DNA of 64,000 nucleotides, taken from positions 8,060,001 through 8,124,000 of the forward strand of contig OX597842.1 in the NCBI GenBank assembly GCA_951406725.2, in the 5' to 3' direction. This stretch comes from Octopus vulgaris. Lineage: Eukaryota. A model generated the notes under the pieces. The model worked only from the letters and a program-made list of their open reading frames with translations, was not told the origin of the DNA and ran no database searches. The translations under genes were made by a program, and so were the position numbers. Shown in pieces: positions 37,752 to 51,313 of the stretch; positions within the stretch are counted from its first letter, which is position 1; every line of letters begins with the position of its first letter.

Positions 37752-38236
37752 TTATATAAGATCCGTTCTGTCTGTCTGTGTCTTCTAGGATCTCAGGCAT
37801 CCTCCATCCGATTGCGCTCAAATTTGATATGTAGATACCAAAGGTATCGGGGCATGTATAGGTCTTGAAAAAATTACAAAAATTGATTCCAGGTGAGAAT
37901 GCGATCGATAAAGCCGTGGGAACGTGCATTTGTAAGCATGTCATCTTTCAAAGGAGGCAATCTAACCGTCCCATTGGAGCAGCAAATGCTGGCAGGTTCA
38001 GCTGGCCACCTCACGGCGTTACAATGGACACAAACAGATGACATGCTACCAATGATCATGTGAGGATGAGACGCATAAACTTCATGTGGATTGTAATGGA
38101 AAGTTCAAATTTAGGTTAAATCAGTGTTTCTCAAAGGGGAGGCCTATGGGACGGTCGCACAAGTTGTTTTGAGAAAATTTGGTTTAAATGTTTGACAACT
38201 CAGTACCATCCATTGGACAGGGGGCGTTTTGCTTGT
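37752..38236 (+). mobile_element. Non-autonomous Helitron-like element carrying an antisense RepHel fragment
   Basis: (ctgt)n and ccgattgcgctcaaattt block typical of DINE-1/HINE-like elements; minus-strand IGSMSSVCVHCNAVRWPAEPASICCSNGTVRLPPL resembles the Helitron RepHel N-terminal Cys motif. Confidence 0.7.
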
Positions 38237-38494
38237 ATTAATATAAAGGCAGTATGCTGGCAGAATCATTAGCATGCCAAACAAAATGCTTAGTGGCATT
38301 TTATACATGGTTACGTCCTGAGTTCAAATTCCATCAAGGTTGACTTAACCTTCCATGCTTTCAGCACTGGTAAAATAAGTACCATTTGAAAACTGGGGTC
38401 AATGTAATCAACTTAACTACTTCCCCAAAACTGCTGGCCTTGTGCCGAAATTTAAAGTAAATATTAACTACTAGGTTATATATATAATTAGGTA

Positions 38495-38870
38495 GTGTGT
38501 AGCTTCAGGGAGTGATAACCCTGCCTGACACGAGTCCTGGGCTCAGCTGGCACCAGCTGACAGTATCTGGTATGGGCCCCTATCCAGGGTTACAGAAAGG
38601 AGACAACCTTCAAAGAAATCCGGAGTGGAGCCCTGTTAGGTGGTTTAGTGTTCGACTCGACACTCTTCCGGCAGCTCCTGCAACCAAGCTGGTGCCAAAC
38701 ATAATGCTCTGCACTCCATCAGCAAGGTCGGGAGAGGAATTCTGACAATTGGGCTACCCAGGATTTTCTTACATCTAGCCCAGGCCTGCGCAAAACTGGA
38801 GAGGAAATGAAATGTAAAAACGACTGGATTAGTTTATGTGCAACTCCTTGGTCTCCTGAGACAAAAGGAT
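38495..38870 (+). mobile_element. Probable RTE LINE 5' UTR remnant with degenerate HDV-like fold
   Basis: GC-richer island inside the tandem array; nested pseudoknot-like pairings at 38502-38567. Confidence 0.45.
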
Positions 38871-39308
38871 ACCAATAGCAATAAAATAATGTAGTCCTAG
38901 ATACACTATGTCTGAATAAAAACAGGACGGTCACATTTGGAACATCTTTGATCAGATCTGCTGGATCAGGACTGACCTGGTGTTAAACAACAACAGCCAC
39001 TAATACAAACTACTATACTGTACATTAGATAATGTAGTCCTAGATACACAATGTTTGAATAAAAGATGGAATGGTCACAGCTGGAGCATCTTTGATCATA
39101 GGTCTGCTGGATCAAGACTGACCCTGAGCTAAACAGTTGCAACTATAACCACCAAAGATAATTTAGTAAACTGTACATTTGATAATGTAGTCCTAGATAC
39201 ACTAGGTTTAAATACAAGAGGCAATGATCACAGCTGGAAGATTTTTGAACACAGGTCTATGGGGATCAGGAATAGCCTGGGGTTAAACAACAATAATGTC
39301 AAACTTAC

Positions 39309-39406
39309 CCAATTTGTTGTTACCGTAACAACAGGGTCACCACCTATTCTTTTCTAAATGTCAAGCTTCTTCAAAACTTTTCTCTGGGTTCAACACTTGG
39401 AACTCC
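39309..39406 (-). other. Candidate non-coding (5'UTR or lncRNA) exon, 98 nt
   Basis: Acceptor ctttttcgtctctcttcag|G; donor TGG|gtaagt; non-repetitive; stops in all three frames, no ATG. Confidence 0.55.
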
Positions 39407-39643
39407 CTGAAGAGAGACGAAAAAGACAAAGTGAGAAAATGATGAGAAAGTTTGTGGTGATGGTAGGGATGGAGGTGGTGGTAATGATTGTGGTGAGGGT
39501 GGTGAAGGTGATGGTAGTTGAGGTGGTGTTGGTGGTGATGCTAGTAACGAAAATGATGATAGTAATGTTAATAGATCGAAATATGTATGGGTTAAGCATA
39601 CGAAAGAGAGCAACAGTGTGTGTCTGTGTGTGTGTGTGTGTGT

Positions 39644-39685
<42 letters not shown>

Positions 39686-39887
39686 TCTTACTCTCTTTAC
39701 TCTTTTACTTGTTTCAGTCATTTGACTGCAGCCATGCTGGAGCACCGCCTTTAATCGAGCAACCCAACCCCGGGACTTATTCTATCAGTCTCTTTTGCCG
39801 AACCGCTAAGTGACGGGGACATAAACACACCAGCATCGGTTGTCAAGCAATGCTAGGGGGACAAACACAGACACACAATCATACACA

Positions 39888-40200
<313 letters not shown>

Positions 40201-40439
40201 GACCGATAAACAAAGGGAAATTACTGTGATTGACCGTTATTAAGACAAAAGAGCTATTTGAATGACTGGTAAAGTAAGGGGAGGGATTAAAGGTTAGGGA
40301 GTAAAAACGTTCATAGTAATCACATAAGTGCGCATGTCCATACATACACATGTGCACCTGCACATCCACGTACATGCACCTATGAGTATATACTCATCCA
40401 CCCTCACTTGAAACACATGCATCCTCACCCACATGTTCA

Positions 40440-40501
<62 letters not shown>

Positions 40502-41129
40502 GGACTCTTCCAGCAATTTTGACATATGAGGATCCGACAACCTACAGTCATGATGCTTACGTCGAATGTGACTGTGTGTGCCCCCTACCACTGTTTGGCA
40601 ACCAGCATTGGTGTGTTTATATTCCCATAACTTAGCGGTTCAGCAAAAATGGTCAATAGAATGATTACTGGGCTTAAGGAAAAATGTACTACTGCTGTTA
40701 ATTCATTAAAATTCTTCAAGGTGATGCCCCAGCATGGCCACAGTCGAATGCCAGAAACAAATAAAAGTGAAATAAAAAGATGACTATCATTTTAATGAAG
40801 CTGTAAAAACTTCCGAAACTATAACTCAAGAGTTTCGGGTAACCATTCAGCAAACGGTTGTGAGTATTCCTGGTGCCACGTAGAAGGCACCTATGCCAGT
40901 ACAGTATAAAAGCACCCAGTACACTCTGTGAAGTGGTTGGCATTAGGAAGGGCAACCCACCATAAAAGCCATGTCAGAACAGAGAGCCTGAACAGCCCTT
41001 CAGCTGGTCAGCTCCTGTTAAACCGTCCAACACATGCCAACATGGAAAATGGGTATTAAATGATGATGATCTATGTATATGTGTGTGTGTGTGTGTGTAG
41101 TAATATTTATATGCCAACAGAATGTGGCA

Positions 41130-41161
<32 letters not shown>

Positions 41162-41404
41162 TGGCAAGCTGGCAGAAACGTTAACGCTGGGCAAAATGCT
41201 TAGCTGTATTTTGTCTGCCGCTACATTCTGAGTTCAAATTCTGCAGAGGTCAACTTTGCCTTTCATCCTTCCGGGGTCTATAAAATAAGTACCAGTTATG
41301 CACTGGGGTTGATGTAATTGACTTAATCTCTTTGTCTGTCCTTGTTTGTCCCCTCCATGTTTAGCCCCTTGTGGGCAATAAAAAAAATAAGAATGTGGCA
41401 GTCC

Positions 41405-41741
41405 TATATAGGACGATGTTACTGTTGTTTTAGCCCCAGGAAAACATCTTTCCCAGCTGGCTATCAACACAGTATTGTCCATTTAGTATTTGCAAGGGAG
41501 GTCACTGCTACCATCTCTAGCTTTACGTGATACACACAGACCTAGGTTTCTGAATGTGATCTGCCCTCAGTGTGAGACAACCACAAGCAAGTGACAAGCA
41601 GAAACATCCAGAAACCTAGATCTGTGAGTATCATGTAAGGCTAGAGATGGAGGCGATGACCTCCCTTGCAAATGCTATATGGACACAAACTGGAAAAGAT
41701 GTTTTCCTGGGACTAAAACAACAGTAAATTCGTCCTTTATA
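41405..41741. mobile_element. Foldback MITE with ~150-bp inverted arms
   Basis: tatataggacga...gatctgc (41405-41563) is inverted at gcagaaac...tcgtcctttata (41598-41741). Confidence 0.85.
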
Positions 41742-41799
41742 GACCAGAGCCTTGTGAGTGGATTTGGTTGATGGAAACTGAAAGAAGCCGGTTATGTTC

Positions 41800-42118
41800 G
41801 TGTGTGTGTGTGTGAGAGTGTGAGAGTGTGTGTGTGTGAGAGTGAGAGTGTGTGTGTGAGTGTGTGTGTGTGTGAGAGAGAGTGTGTGTGTGAGAGAGTG
41901 TGTGTGTGAGAGTGTGAGAGAGTGTGTGTGAGAGAGAGTGTGTGTGTGAGAGAGTGTGTGTGTGTGAGAGTGTGTGTGTGAGAGTGTGTGTGTGTGAGAG
42001 TGTGTGTGTGTGAGAGTGTGTGTGTAAGAGTGTGTGTGTGTGTGTAAGTGTGTGAGAGTGTGTGTGTGTATGTGTGTGAGAGTGTGTGTGTGTGTGTGTG
42101 TGTAAGTGTGTGTGTGTT
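41800..42118. repeat. (GT)n/(GA)n compound microsatellite inside a SINE
   Basis: Direct inspection. Confidence 0.9.
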
Positions 42119-42633
42119 CGTGTCTGTCCCTCACCATTGCTTGACAACTGGTATTGCTTTGTTTACGTATCTAAACGGTTAGGCAACAGAGAACCGATTA
42201 AATAAGTACCAGGCTTTTAAAAACATTAAATACCGGGGTTGATTCGTTCGACTAAAAATTCTTCAAAGTGGTACCCCAGCATGACCGCAATCTAACGAGC
42301 GAAACGACCAAAAGATGCAAGAGGAAAGAGTGAGAGAAAGTTGTGGCGAAAGAGTCAGCAGAAGTTTCGCCATTACCTTCTGCCGGAGCCGCGTGGAGCT
42401 TAGGTGTTTCACTCATAAACACACACATCGCCCAGTCTGAGATTCGAACCCGCAGTCGATCGACTGCGAGTCCGCTGCTCTTAACCACTAGGCCATGTGC
42501 CTCCACTACAAGCACACACAATTAAACAAGACATTACTCACCACATAAGCACATTTCAAACATACAGACGACAATCATACGCACTAAAGTGAAACTAGCT
42601 ATTATTACCCAAAGTGCATCACGCGCACGCACA

Positions 42634-43190
42634 CAGCATGTACACATACAGGCGACATCACACACACACACACAGCATGTACACATACAGGCGACATCAC
42701 ACACACACACAGCATGTACACATACAGGCGACATCACACACACACACACACAGCATGTACACATACAGGCGACATCACACACACACACACAGCATGTACA
42801 CATACAGGCGACATCACACACACACACACAGCATGTACACATACAGGCGACATCACACACACACACACAGCATGTACACATACAGGCGACATCACACACA
42901 CACACACACACACACAGCATGTACACATACAGGCGACATCACACACACACACACAGTATGTACACATACAGGCGACATCACACACACACACACAGTATGT
43001 ACACATACAGGCGACATCACACACACACACAGCATGTACCCATACAGGCGACATCACACACACAGTATGTACACATACAGGCGACATCACACACACACAC
43101 ACACAGCATGTACACATACAGGCGACATCAGACACACACACACACATACAGGCGACATCATACACATACACACACACACACACACAAACG
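42634..43190. repeat. Minisatellite [cagcatgtacacatacaggcgacat(ca)n], about 14 copies
   Basis: Constant 25-bp core with variable (CA)n spacer. Confidence 0.95.
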
Positions 43191-43584
43191 TACGCACCTA
43201 CAACAAACACTCCATGAGTCACAGACACGTATACACAACCACGCTTCCCCGCCGTCGCCGCACCGACAACATCAAACAGCCGTTATGACAAAGCAAGCAT
43301 GTAAATGGTTTAGCGCACACCACCAGAACTGGTACACTAAGAACCACCCTGCTGCTTCAACATTAGTCAACCCATCCACCCCACATACAACCCAGACGAC
43401 CACCGCAACTACGGCACCCCGTACGCACCCATTCCTCAAACACATCATTACAATGGAACTCAGTACCCCATCCTTACCAAAGGCGCCGACTAGATAAATG
43501 AGCTATGTGGTCATTTAAATTGCTAGAAATAGCAGCCAACATTTTTCTTGAATCACATTCTGCTGTCTTAAAACGGGGAAGGCC

Positions 43585-43870
43585 CAGCGCTAGATTCACC
43601 CATTAAGGAAAATAAGCACATGTTCAGGGTATCAAGGGGGTGCCACAGAAATAGTAAAAGGTTTACGGAATAAAAGAAATCACTTTAAACTTGCTTAAAT
43701 GTAGGAGTGGCTGTGTGGTAAGTAGCTTGCTTACCAACCACATGGTTCTGGGTTCTGTCCCACTGTGTGGCACCTTGGGCAAGTCTCTTCTACTATAGCC
43801 TCAGACTGACCAAAGCCTTGTGAGTGGATTCGGTAGACGGAAACTGAAAGAAGCCTATCGTATATATGTG

Positions 43871-43912
<42 letters not shown>

Positions 43913-44533
43913 TGTATGTTTGTGTGTCTGTGTTTGTCCCCCCAACATCACTTGACAACTGATGCTGGTGTGTTTACGTCCCCGTAAACTAGTGGTTCAG
44001 CAAAAGAGACCGATAGAATAAGTCCTGCTCGACTAAAGGCAGTGCCCCAGCACTGAAACAAATAAAAGAACCCTTCAGTTTCCATCTACCAAATCCACTC
44101 ACAAGGCTTTGGTCAACCCGAGGCTATAGTACAAGATGCTTGCCTAAGATGCTATGCAGTGGGACTGAACCCGGAACCATGTGATTGGTAAGCAAGCTAC
44201 TTACCACACAGCCAATTGGTCAGTTGATCATTTATTTTCTCAGTTGAAATACATTAAAAATCCTATCAGAACAACTATGCAACAAGGTTGGATGCCTTAT
44301 CTCTACTAAGTATAGAAGCAGAAGTATTACATAAGATTAATTTTGAGAATTTGATAAGAGATTTTGCAATTAAAAAAAGTAGGGGAAAACTTTTTCAAGA
44401 TAAGTAAAGTGAAAGTATACAAAACTAAACATTATTTTCCATCTTACTGTTATAGTTTATATTTTGAATTATATATGGGGACACCAAAATCATTTGAGTG
44501 ATTAGGGCCTTTTTGGGTCTTAATCCGGCCCTG
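43585..44533 (+). mobile_element. Internally deleted hAT transposon with nested SINEs
   Basis: 8-bp TSD ggaaggcc at 43577-43584 and 44534-44541; TIR cagcgctagatt/aatccggccctg; dimerisation-domain remnant FSQLKYIKNPIRTTMQQ..LDALSLLSIE...INFENLIRDFAIKK at ~44220-44400. Confidence 0.88.
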
Positions 44534-45160
44534 GGAAGGCCACAGAAGATAATTTAGGCATATAAACCATATATATTCTTTTATCCTTCTACTTGTTTCA
44601 GTCATTTTGACTGTGGCAATGCTGGAGCACCGCCTTTAGTTGAACAAACTGACTGCAGCACTTATTCTTTGTAAGCCTAGTACTTATTCTATTAGTCTCT
44701 TTTGCCAAACCGCTAAGTTACAGGGACTTAAACACACCAACATCGGTTGTCAAGCGATGGTGGGGGGACAAACATAGATACACAATTACATACACATATA
44801 TATATATACATACAAGAGACCGATAGAATAAGTACTGGGCTTACAAAGAATAAGTCCCAGGGTCGATTTGTTCGACCAAAGGCGGTGCTCCAGCATGGCC
44901 ACAGTCAAATGACTGAAACAAGTAAAAGAGTATACATATATATACACATATATATAATTGTAACATCATTGATCATAGGTCTGCCGGAACAGGGCTGACC
45001 TAGGGTTAAACAACAACAATAACCAAAGACACTAATAGTAACTACTATACTGTACATCTGTACATTAGCTAATATAGTCCTAGATACACTATGCCTAAAT
45101 AAAAGATAAGATAGTCACAGTTAAAACATCTTTGATCATAGGTCTGCTGGATAAGATAAA

Positions 45161-45217
<57 letters not shown>

Positions 45218-45896
45218 AATAGATAAGTAGATAAGTGCAGGAGTGGCTGTATGATAAGAAGCTTGTTTCCCAATAACATGGTTCCGGGTTCAGTCCAACT
45301 GCATGGTATCTTGGGCAAGTGACCTCTACAGTAACCTCAGGATGACCAAAACCCTGTGAGTGGATTTGGTAGATGGAAACTGAAAGAAGCCGGTATTGTG
45401 TGTGTGTATTTGTCCTCTACCACCCCATGACAACTGGAGTTGGTGTGTTTAGATGCCCATAACTTAGAGGTTTGGCAAAAAAACTGATAAAGTAACAGGC
45501 TTTAAAAAAGAAAACCTAAATATTGGAGTCGATTCATTTACTGAAGATAATGAAGGAGGTACCCCAGCATGGACACAGCACATGGCCTAGTGGTTAGAGC
45601 AGCGGACTCGCAGTCGAGGGATCATGGGTTCGAAACTCAGACCGGGCGATGTGTGTGTTTATGAGTGAAACACCTAAGCTCCACGCGGCTCCGGCAGAAG
45701 GTAATGGTGAACTTCTGCTGACTCTTTCGCTACATTTTCTCTCACTCTTTCCTCCTGCATCTTGCAGCTCACCTGCGACAGACTGGTATCCCATCCAGGT
45801 GGGGAACCTATATGTCAAGGAAACCGGGAAACCGGCCCTTATGTGCCAGGCGTGGCTCGAGAAGGAACAAACAACAACAATATATATATATATATC

Positions 45897-47597
45897 TCAT
45901 CATCATCGTTTAACGTCCGCTTTCCATGCTAGCATGGGTTGGACGATTTTGACTGAGGGCTCGCGAACCAGATGGCTGCACCAAGATCCAATCTTGATCT
46001 GGCAGAGTTTCTATAGTTGGATGCCCTTCCTAACGCCAACCACTCCGAGAGTGTAGTGGGTGTTTTTTACATGCCACCTGCATGGGGGCCAGTCAGGCGG
46101 TACTGGCAATGACCTCGCTCGAATCTTTTTACATGTGCCACCGACACGAGTGCCAGTGAAGCGACGTTGGTAACGATGACGCTCAAATGGTGCCCTTTTA
46201 GGTGCCACTGATACGGAAGCTAGTTGGCTGCTTTGGCAACGATCATGCTTGGATGGTGCTCTTGGCACCCTACAGGCACAAGCATAAGTGGCAGTAAGGC
46301 GACGTTGGTAACGATCATACTCGAATAGCCACTCTGTCAACAATCATACTCGTATGGTGCTCTTTGCATCCCACAAGCACGGATGCCAGTCATCGAATTG
46401 ATTTTGATTTCACTTGCCTCAACAGATCTTCGCAAGCAGAGTTTAGTGTCCAAAGATGGAAAAGGTATGCATAAGTGGGCTGGTTACGCTCCTGGCATAG
46501 GCCATGAGGTTATGGTCTCATTTGGCTTGCCGGGTCTTCTCAAGCACAGCATATTTCCAAAAGTCTCGGTCGCTAGTCATTTCCTTGGTGAGGCCTAATG
46601 TTTTCAAAGGTCGTACTTCACCAATTCATCCCAGGTCTTCCTGGGTCTACTTCTTCAACAAGTTCCCTCAACCGCTAGGGTGTGGCACTTTTTCACACAG
46701 CTATCCTCATCCATTCTCACCACGGGACCATACTAGAGCAGTCGTCTCTCTTGCACACCACATCTAATGCTTTTTAGGTCCAACTTTTCTCTCAAGGTAC
46801 TTATACTCTGCGAGTATGAACACTGACATTACACATCCATCAGAGCATACTGGCTTCATTCCTTGAGAGCTTACGTATGTCCTCAGCATTCACAGCCCAT
46901 GTTTCACTGCTGTGTAGCATGGCTGTTCGTACACAAGCATCATACAGTATACCTTTTACTCTGAGCGAGAGGCCCTTTGTCACCAGCAGAGGTAAGAGCT
47001 CTCTGAACTTTGCCCAAGCTATTCTTATTCTAGCAGATACACTTTCAGCACACCCTCCTCTGCTACTGACTTGGTCACCTAGGTAACAGAAGCTATCAAC
47101 TACTTGTAGTTTTTCTCCATGGAATGTGGCAGAAGTTGGTCTCTGCGCATTTTCAGTGTTTATCGCTCCCGAGCATCTGCCACATACAAAAACTATCTTC
47201 CCAGTTAGCCTTCCTTTGATATTACTGCACCTCTTATGTGTCCATAGCTTACACTGGGTACATCTTATAGAGTTTCTACCTACGCCTCTACTACAGGACC
47301 ATCTACCTGAAGGGATTTGTGGTTTGCCTGCCTTCCTACTTATTAGGACTTTGGTTTTAGCTATGTTGATTCTAAGGCCCTTTGATTCTAATCCTTGTTT
47401 CCACACTTGAAACTTCTCCTCTAGTTCTGATAGTGACACAGCAATTAGAGCAAGGTCGTCAGCATGGAGGAGCTCCCAGGAGCATCCCATCTTGAATTCT
47501 TCCATTATTGCATGGAGGACTATGATAAATAGGAGGGGGCTGAGGACTGAACCGTGGTTGACTCCCAACCTCTACCTTGAATTCTTCAGTGTACACG
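45897..47597 (-). mobile_element. 5'-truncated RTE-clade LINE, same family as 34515-36166
   Basis: ORF 46840-47568 GVNHGSVLSPLLF...LHADDL...CYLGD...HSSETW; (CAT)n tail at 45898. Confidence 0.95.
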
Positions 47598-47785
47598 TTG
47601 CAAACCCTTGCCTGCGGAACATAAAAAGAACCCACTACACACTCCAGAGTGGTTGGTGTTAGGAAGGGCATCCAGCTATAGAAACCATGCCAAATCAGAT
47701 TGAAACCTGTTACAGTTCTCCAGGTTACCAGTTTTCAGTCAAGCCATCCATCTCATGCCAGCATGGAAAACAGATACAAATGATG

Positions 47786-47821
<36 letters not shown>

Positions 47822-47990
47822 TAAGGCGCAGTAGTGGCTGTGCGGTAAGTAGCTTGCTTACAAACTATATGGTTCCGGGTTCAGTCCCACTGCATGGCAA
47901 CTTGGGCAAGTGTCATACTGTAGCCTCGGGCCAACCAAAGCCTTGTGAGTGGATTTCGTAGCCGGAAACTAAAAGAAGCTGGTCAAAGAA

Positions 47991-48021
<31 letters not shown>

Positions 48022-48835
48022 TATGTGTGTGTGTGTGTGTGTGTGTATGTTTGTCCCCCCAACATCGCTTGATAACTGATGTGGGTGTGTTTACGTCCTA
48101 GTAACTTAGCAGTTCAGCAAAAGATATCGACAGAATAAGTACTAGGCTTACAAAGAATAAGTCCCGGGTGACTGAAACAAGTAAAAGAGTAAAGTATGTA
48201 CATGGGTGTGTGTGTATGCATATATGTATATATGTATGTATATATACTTACAAGCTGAGCAAAAGGTGTATGTATGCCACTATATGTATATATAAATAAA
48301 AAAAATTAAACAAAAATGTAACAGATGACATTAAAAACATATGGAGAGATGGACAATACAAAGATGGATATGAAAACCAGGACAGAACATTCGTGGCTTT
48401 CTATTCCTCAGTCAACCTTCCAACCATCACTACAGTTTCAGCCTGTTACACTTGAGACTGTTCAAAATTGGTAGGCTCCCAAAAATCTAAGCTAAGGGCA
48501 TGGGTTAATTGGCCTAAACTTCGAAGTCATTGCCAATAACATTCTTGTTAAAGTATATATACTCTATAAAAGTACAGAGTAAGCAATCAGATAGATGTAA
48601 AACTGCTTTGCTATAACTGAACATAAAAACAAATAATATACACACACACACGCACATATAAATAGGCTCAGGAGTGGCTGTGTGGTAAGTAGCTTGTTTA
48701 CCAACCACATGGTTCCGGGTTCAGTCCCACTGCATGGCACCTTGGGCAAGTGTCTTCTACTATAGCCTCGGGCCGACCAAAGCTTTGTGAGTGGATTTGG
48801 TAGACGGAAACTAAAAGAAGCCCGTCGTATATATG

Positions 48836-48884
<49 letters not shown>

Positions 48885-50209
48885 TTGTATGTCTGTGTTT
48901 GTCCCCCCAACATCGCTTGACAACTGATGCTGGTGTGTTTATGTCCCCGTCACTTAGCGGTTCGGCAAAAGAGACCGATAGAATAAGTACTGGGCTTACA
49001 AAGAATAAGTCCCGGGGTCGATTAAAGGCGGTGCTCCAGCATGGCCACAGTCAAATGACTAAAACAAGTAAAAGATATATATATATATATATTGTTTTAC
49101 TTGTTTCAGTCATTTGACTGCGACCATGCTAGAGCACTGCCTTCAGTCGAGCAAATCGACCACAGGACTTATTCTTGGTAACCCCAATACTAATTCTATC
49201 GGTCTCTTTTGCCGAACAGCTAAGTTGCGGGGATGTAAACACACCAGCATCAGTTGTCAAGCGATGTTGGGGGGACAAACATACACAAACATACACACAC
49301 ATATATATATACATATATGACGGGCTTCTTTCAGTTTCCGTCTACCAAATCCACTCACAATGTTTTGGTCGGCCTCAAGCTATAGTAGAAGACACTTGCC
49401 CAAGGTGCCACACAGTGGGACTGAACCCGGAGCCATGTGGTTCGTAAGCAAGCTACATACCTATTTCCTTATTACCCACAAGGGGCTAAACACAGAGGGG
49501 ACAAACAAGGACAGACATAGGTATTAAGTCGATTACATCGACCCCAGTGCGTAGCTGGTACTTAATTAATCGACCCCGAAAGGATGAAAGGAAAAGTCGA
49601 CCTCGGCGTAATTTGAACTCGGAACGTAGCAGCAGAGGAAATACGGCTACGCAATTCGTCCGACGTGCTAACGTTTCTGCCAGCTCGCCGCCTTTTAAGC
49701 AAGCTACATACCACACAGCCACTCCTGCGCCTATACTCACCACACAGCCACTCCTACATATATATAAAATCATCATCTTTTAATGTCAGTTTTCTATGCT
49801 GGCATGGGTTGGATGGTTTGACAGGAAGTGGCAAGCTGGAGAGCTCTACCAGGTCCCAAATGTCTATTTTGGCATGGTTTCTAAAGCTGGGTGCCCTCCC
49901 TAATGCCAGCCACTTTACAGAGTGTAGTGGGTGCTTTGTACATGGCTCCAGTACAGGTGATTTCTACATACATTATATAATATATATATATATATATTAC
50001 TCTCTTACTTGTTTCAGTCATTTTGACTGTGGCCATGCTGGAGCACCACCTTTAGTCGAGCAAATCGACCCCGAGACTTATTCTTTGTAAGCCCAGTATT
50101 TATTCTGTCAGTCTATTTTGCTGAACTGCTAAGTGACGGGGACATAAACACACCAGCATTGGTTGTCAAGCGATGTTGGGGGACAAACAGAGACACACAT
50201 ACATACACG

Positions 50210-50253
<44 letters not shown>

Positions 50254-50410
50254 ACAGGCTTCTTTCAGTTTCCGTCTACCAAATCCACTCACAAGGCTTT
50301 GGTTGGCCTGAGGCTATAGTAGAAGAGACTTGCCCAAGATGCCACGCAGTGGGAATGAACACGGAACCATGTGGCTGGTAAGCAAGCTACTTACCACACA
50401 GCCACTCCTG

Positions 50411-50443
<33 letters not shown>

Positions 50444-51158
50444 CGTATATACACACACACAAACATATACATACACACACTTGGATACAGCTAATCCAGC
50501 CTACACAACTGAAAACATGAATGGACTGTTAGACACGGTATGACTCTCGTCTGGAACACATATGTAAATTGTTCTAGTCATTGATCGCAGGTGAACTACC
50601 CTTGGAATGAAATACTGAACAATGACGTTGCAACCTGTACAAGTACTACGCCAATCAATGTGTGTGGGTGTGTGCAAGTTTTTAACTCCAATATCAGACT
50701 ATTTCCTACAGTCGATATCTATGGCAAAAACTTATAATTATGTTTACATTATCACTCATCATGGTTTCTTAACTTATGCAGTACACACAACACACACACA
50801 TATACACACAAATGGGTGGTATAAGATGCAGATTCAGAGAATCATATCAATATTTCTATCTCATGCCACTGTAGGTTATACTTACACATATATTCTGATG
50901 AGTGTGTACATGTTTATAAAAGTATATACGTGTGTGTGTGTATATATATATATATAGCTTAGTTTTTCTAATGCTCGTTGCTTAGTTTTTCTTGGAGGGC
51001 TGGCCGTGATCTAGTAATCTCAAGATTAATCAGCCGAAATTACTACGATGATCCGGTTCTTGACTTAAGACTGAGGGTTTCGAATGTCCTGTCCGTGTTT
51101 ATTGTATCGTCTTCTAAGAGTTATACGTTCTTGTCCATGTTGTATTTTTCTACATAAC

Positions 51159-51193
<35 letters not shown>

Positions 51194-51282
51194 TCAGGGT
51201 GAATACTTGATAAGTGTAAGCACCTATATATGCCAGCTAGTAGCAGAGGTGTGAGGGTATTTGCTTTTATATATATACACAA

Positions 51283-51313
<31 letters not shown>

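Larger units (their letters stand above)
37090..39296 (+). repeat. Tandem array of a ~120-140-bp unit (acattagataatgtagtcctagatacac...ggatggtcacagctggaacatctttgatc...ggggctaaacaacaac), in blocks 37090-37725 and 38880-39296
   Basis: tcctagatacac recurs at ~37218, 37337, 37491, 37629, 38894, 39038, 39191; also 44965-45150 (+) and 6800-7100 (-). Confidence 0.8.

Noticed and set aside
42634-43190. CRISPR-like appearance (constant 25-bp repeat with variable spacers)
   Set aside because: Spacers are only (CA)n; no cas genes; eukaryotic context
42589-43497. 302-aa His/Thr-rich ORF and a short alternative frame (43341-43493, PTYNPDDHRNYGTPY...)
   Set aside because: The ORF arises from a minisatellite and a C/A-rich strand; no recognisable domain, convincing splice acceptor or start
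47597-47787. Twin-priming inversion at the 5' end of the minus-strand RTE
   Set aside because: The opposite-strand piece is another 3' tail, not upstream body sequence, so a separate insertion is more likely
50957-51160. TA-embedded repeat (related sequence at 48300-48560, opposite strand) with cttaaga...cgaatgtc
   Set aside because: Possibly another pLTR-like element, but I could not form stems I/II, so no ribozyme is called
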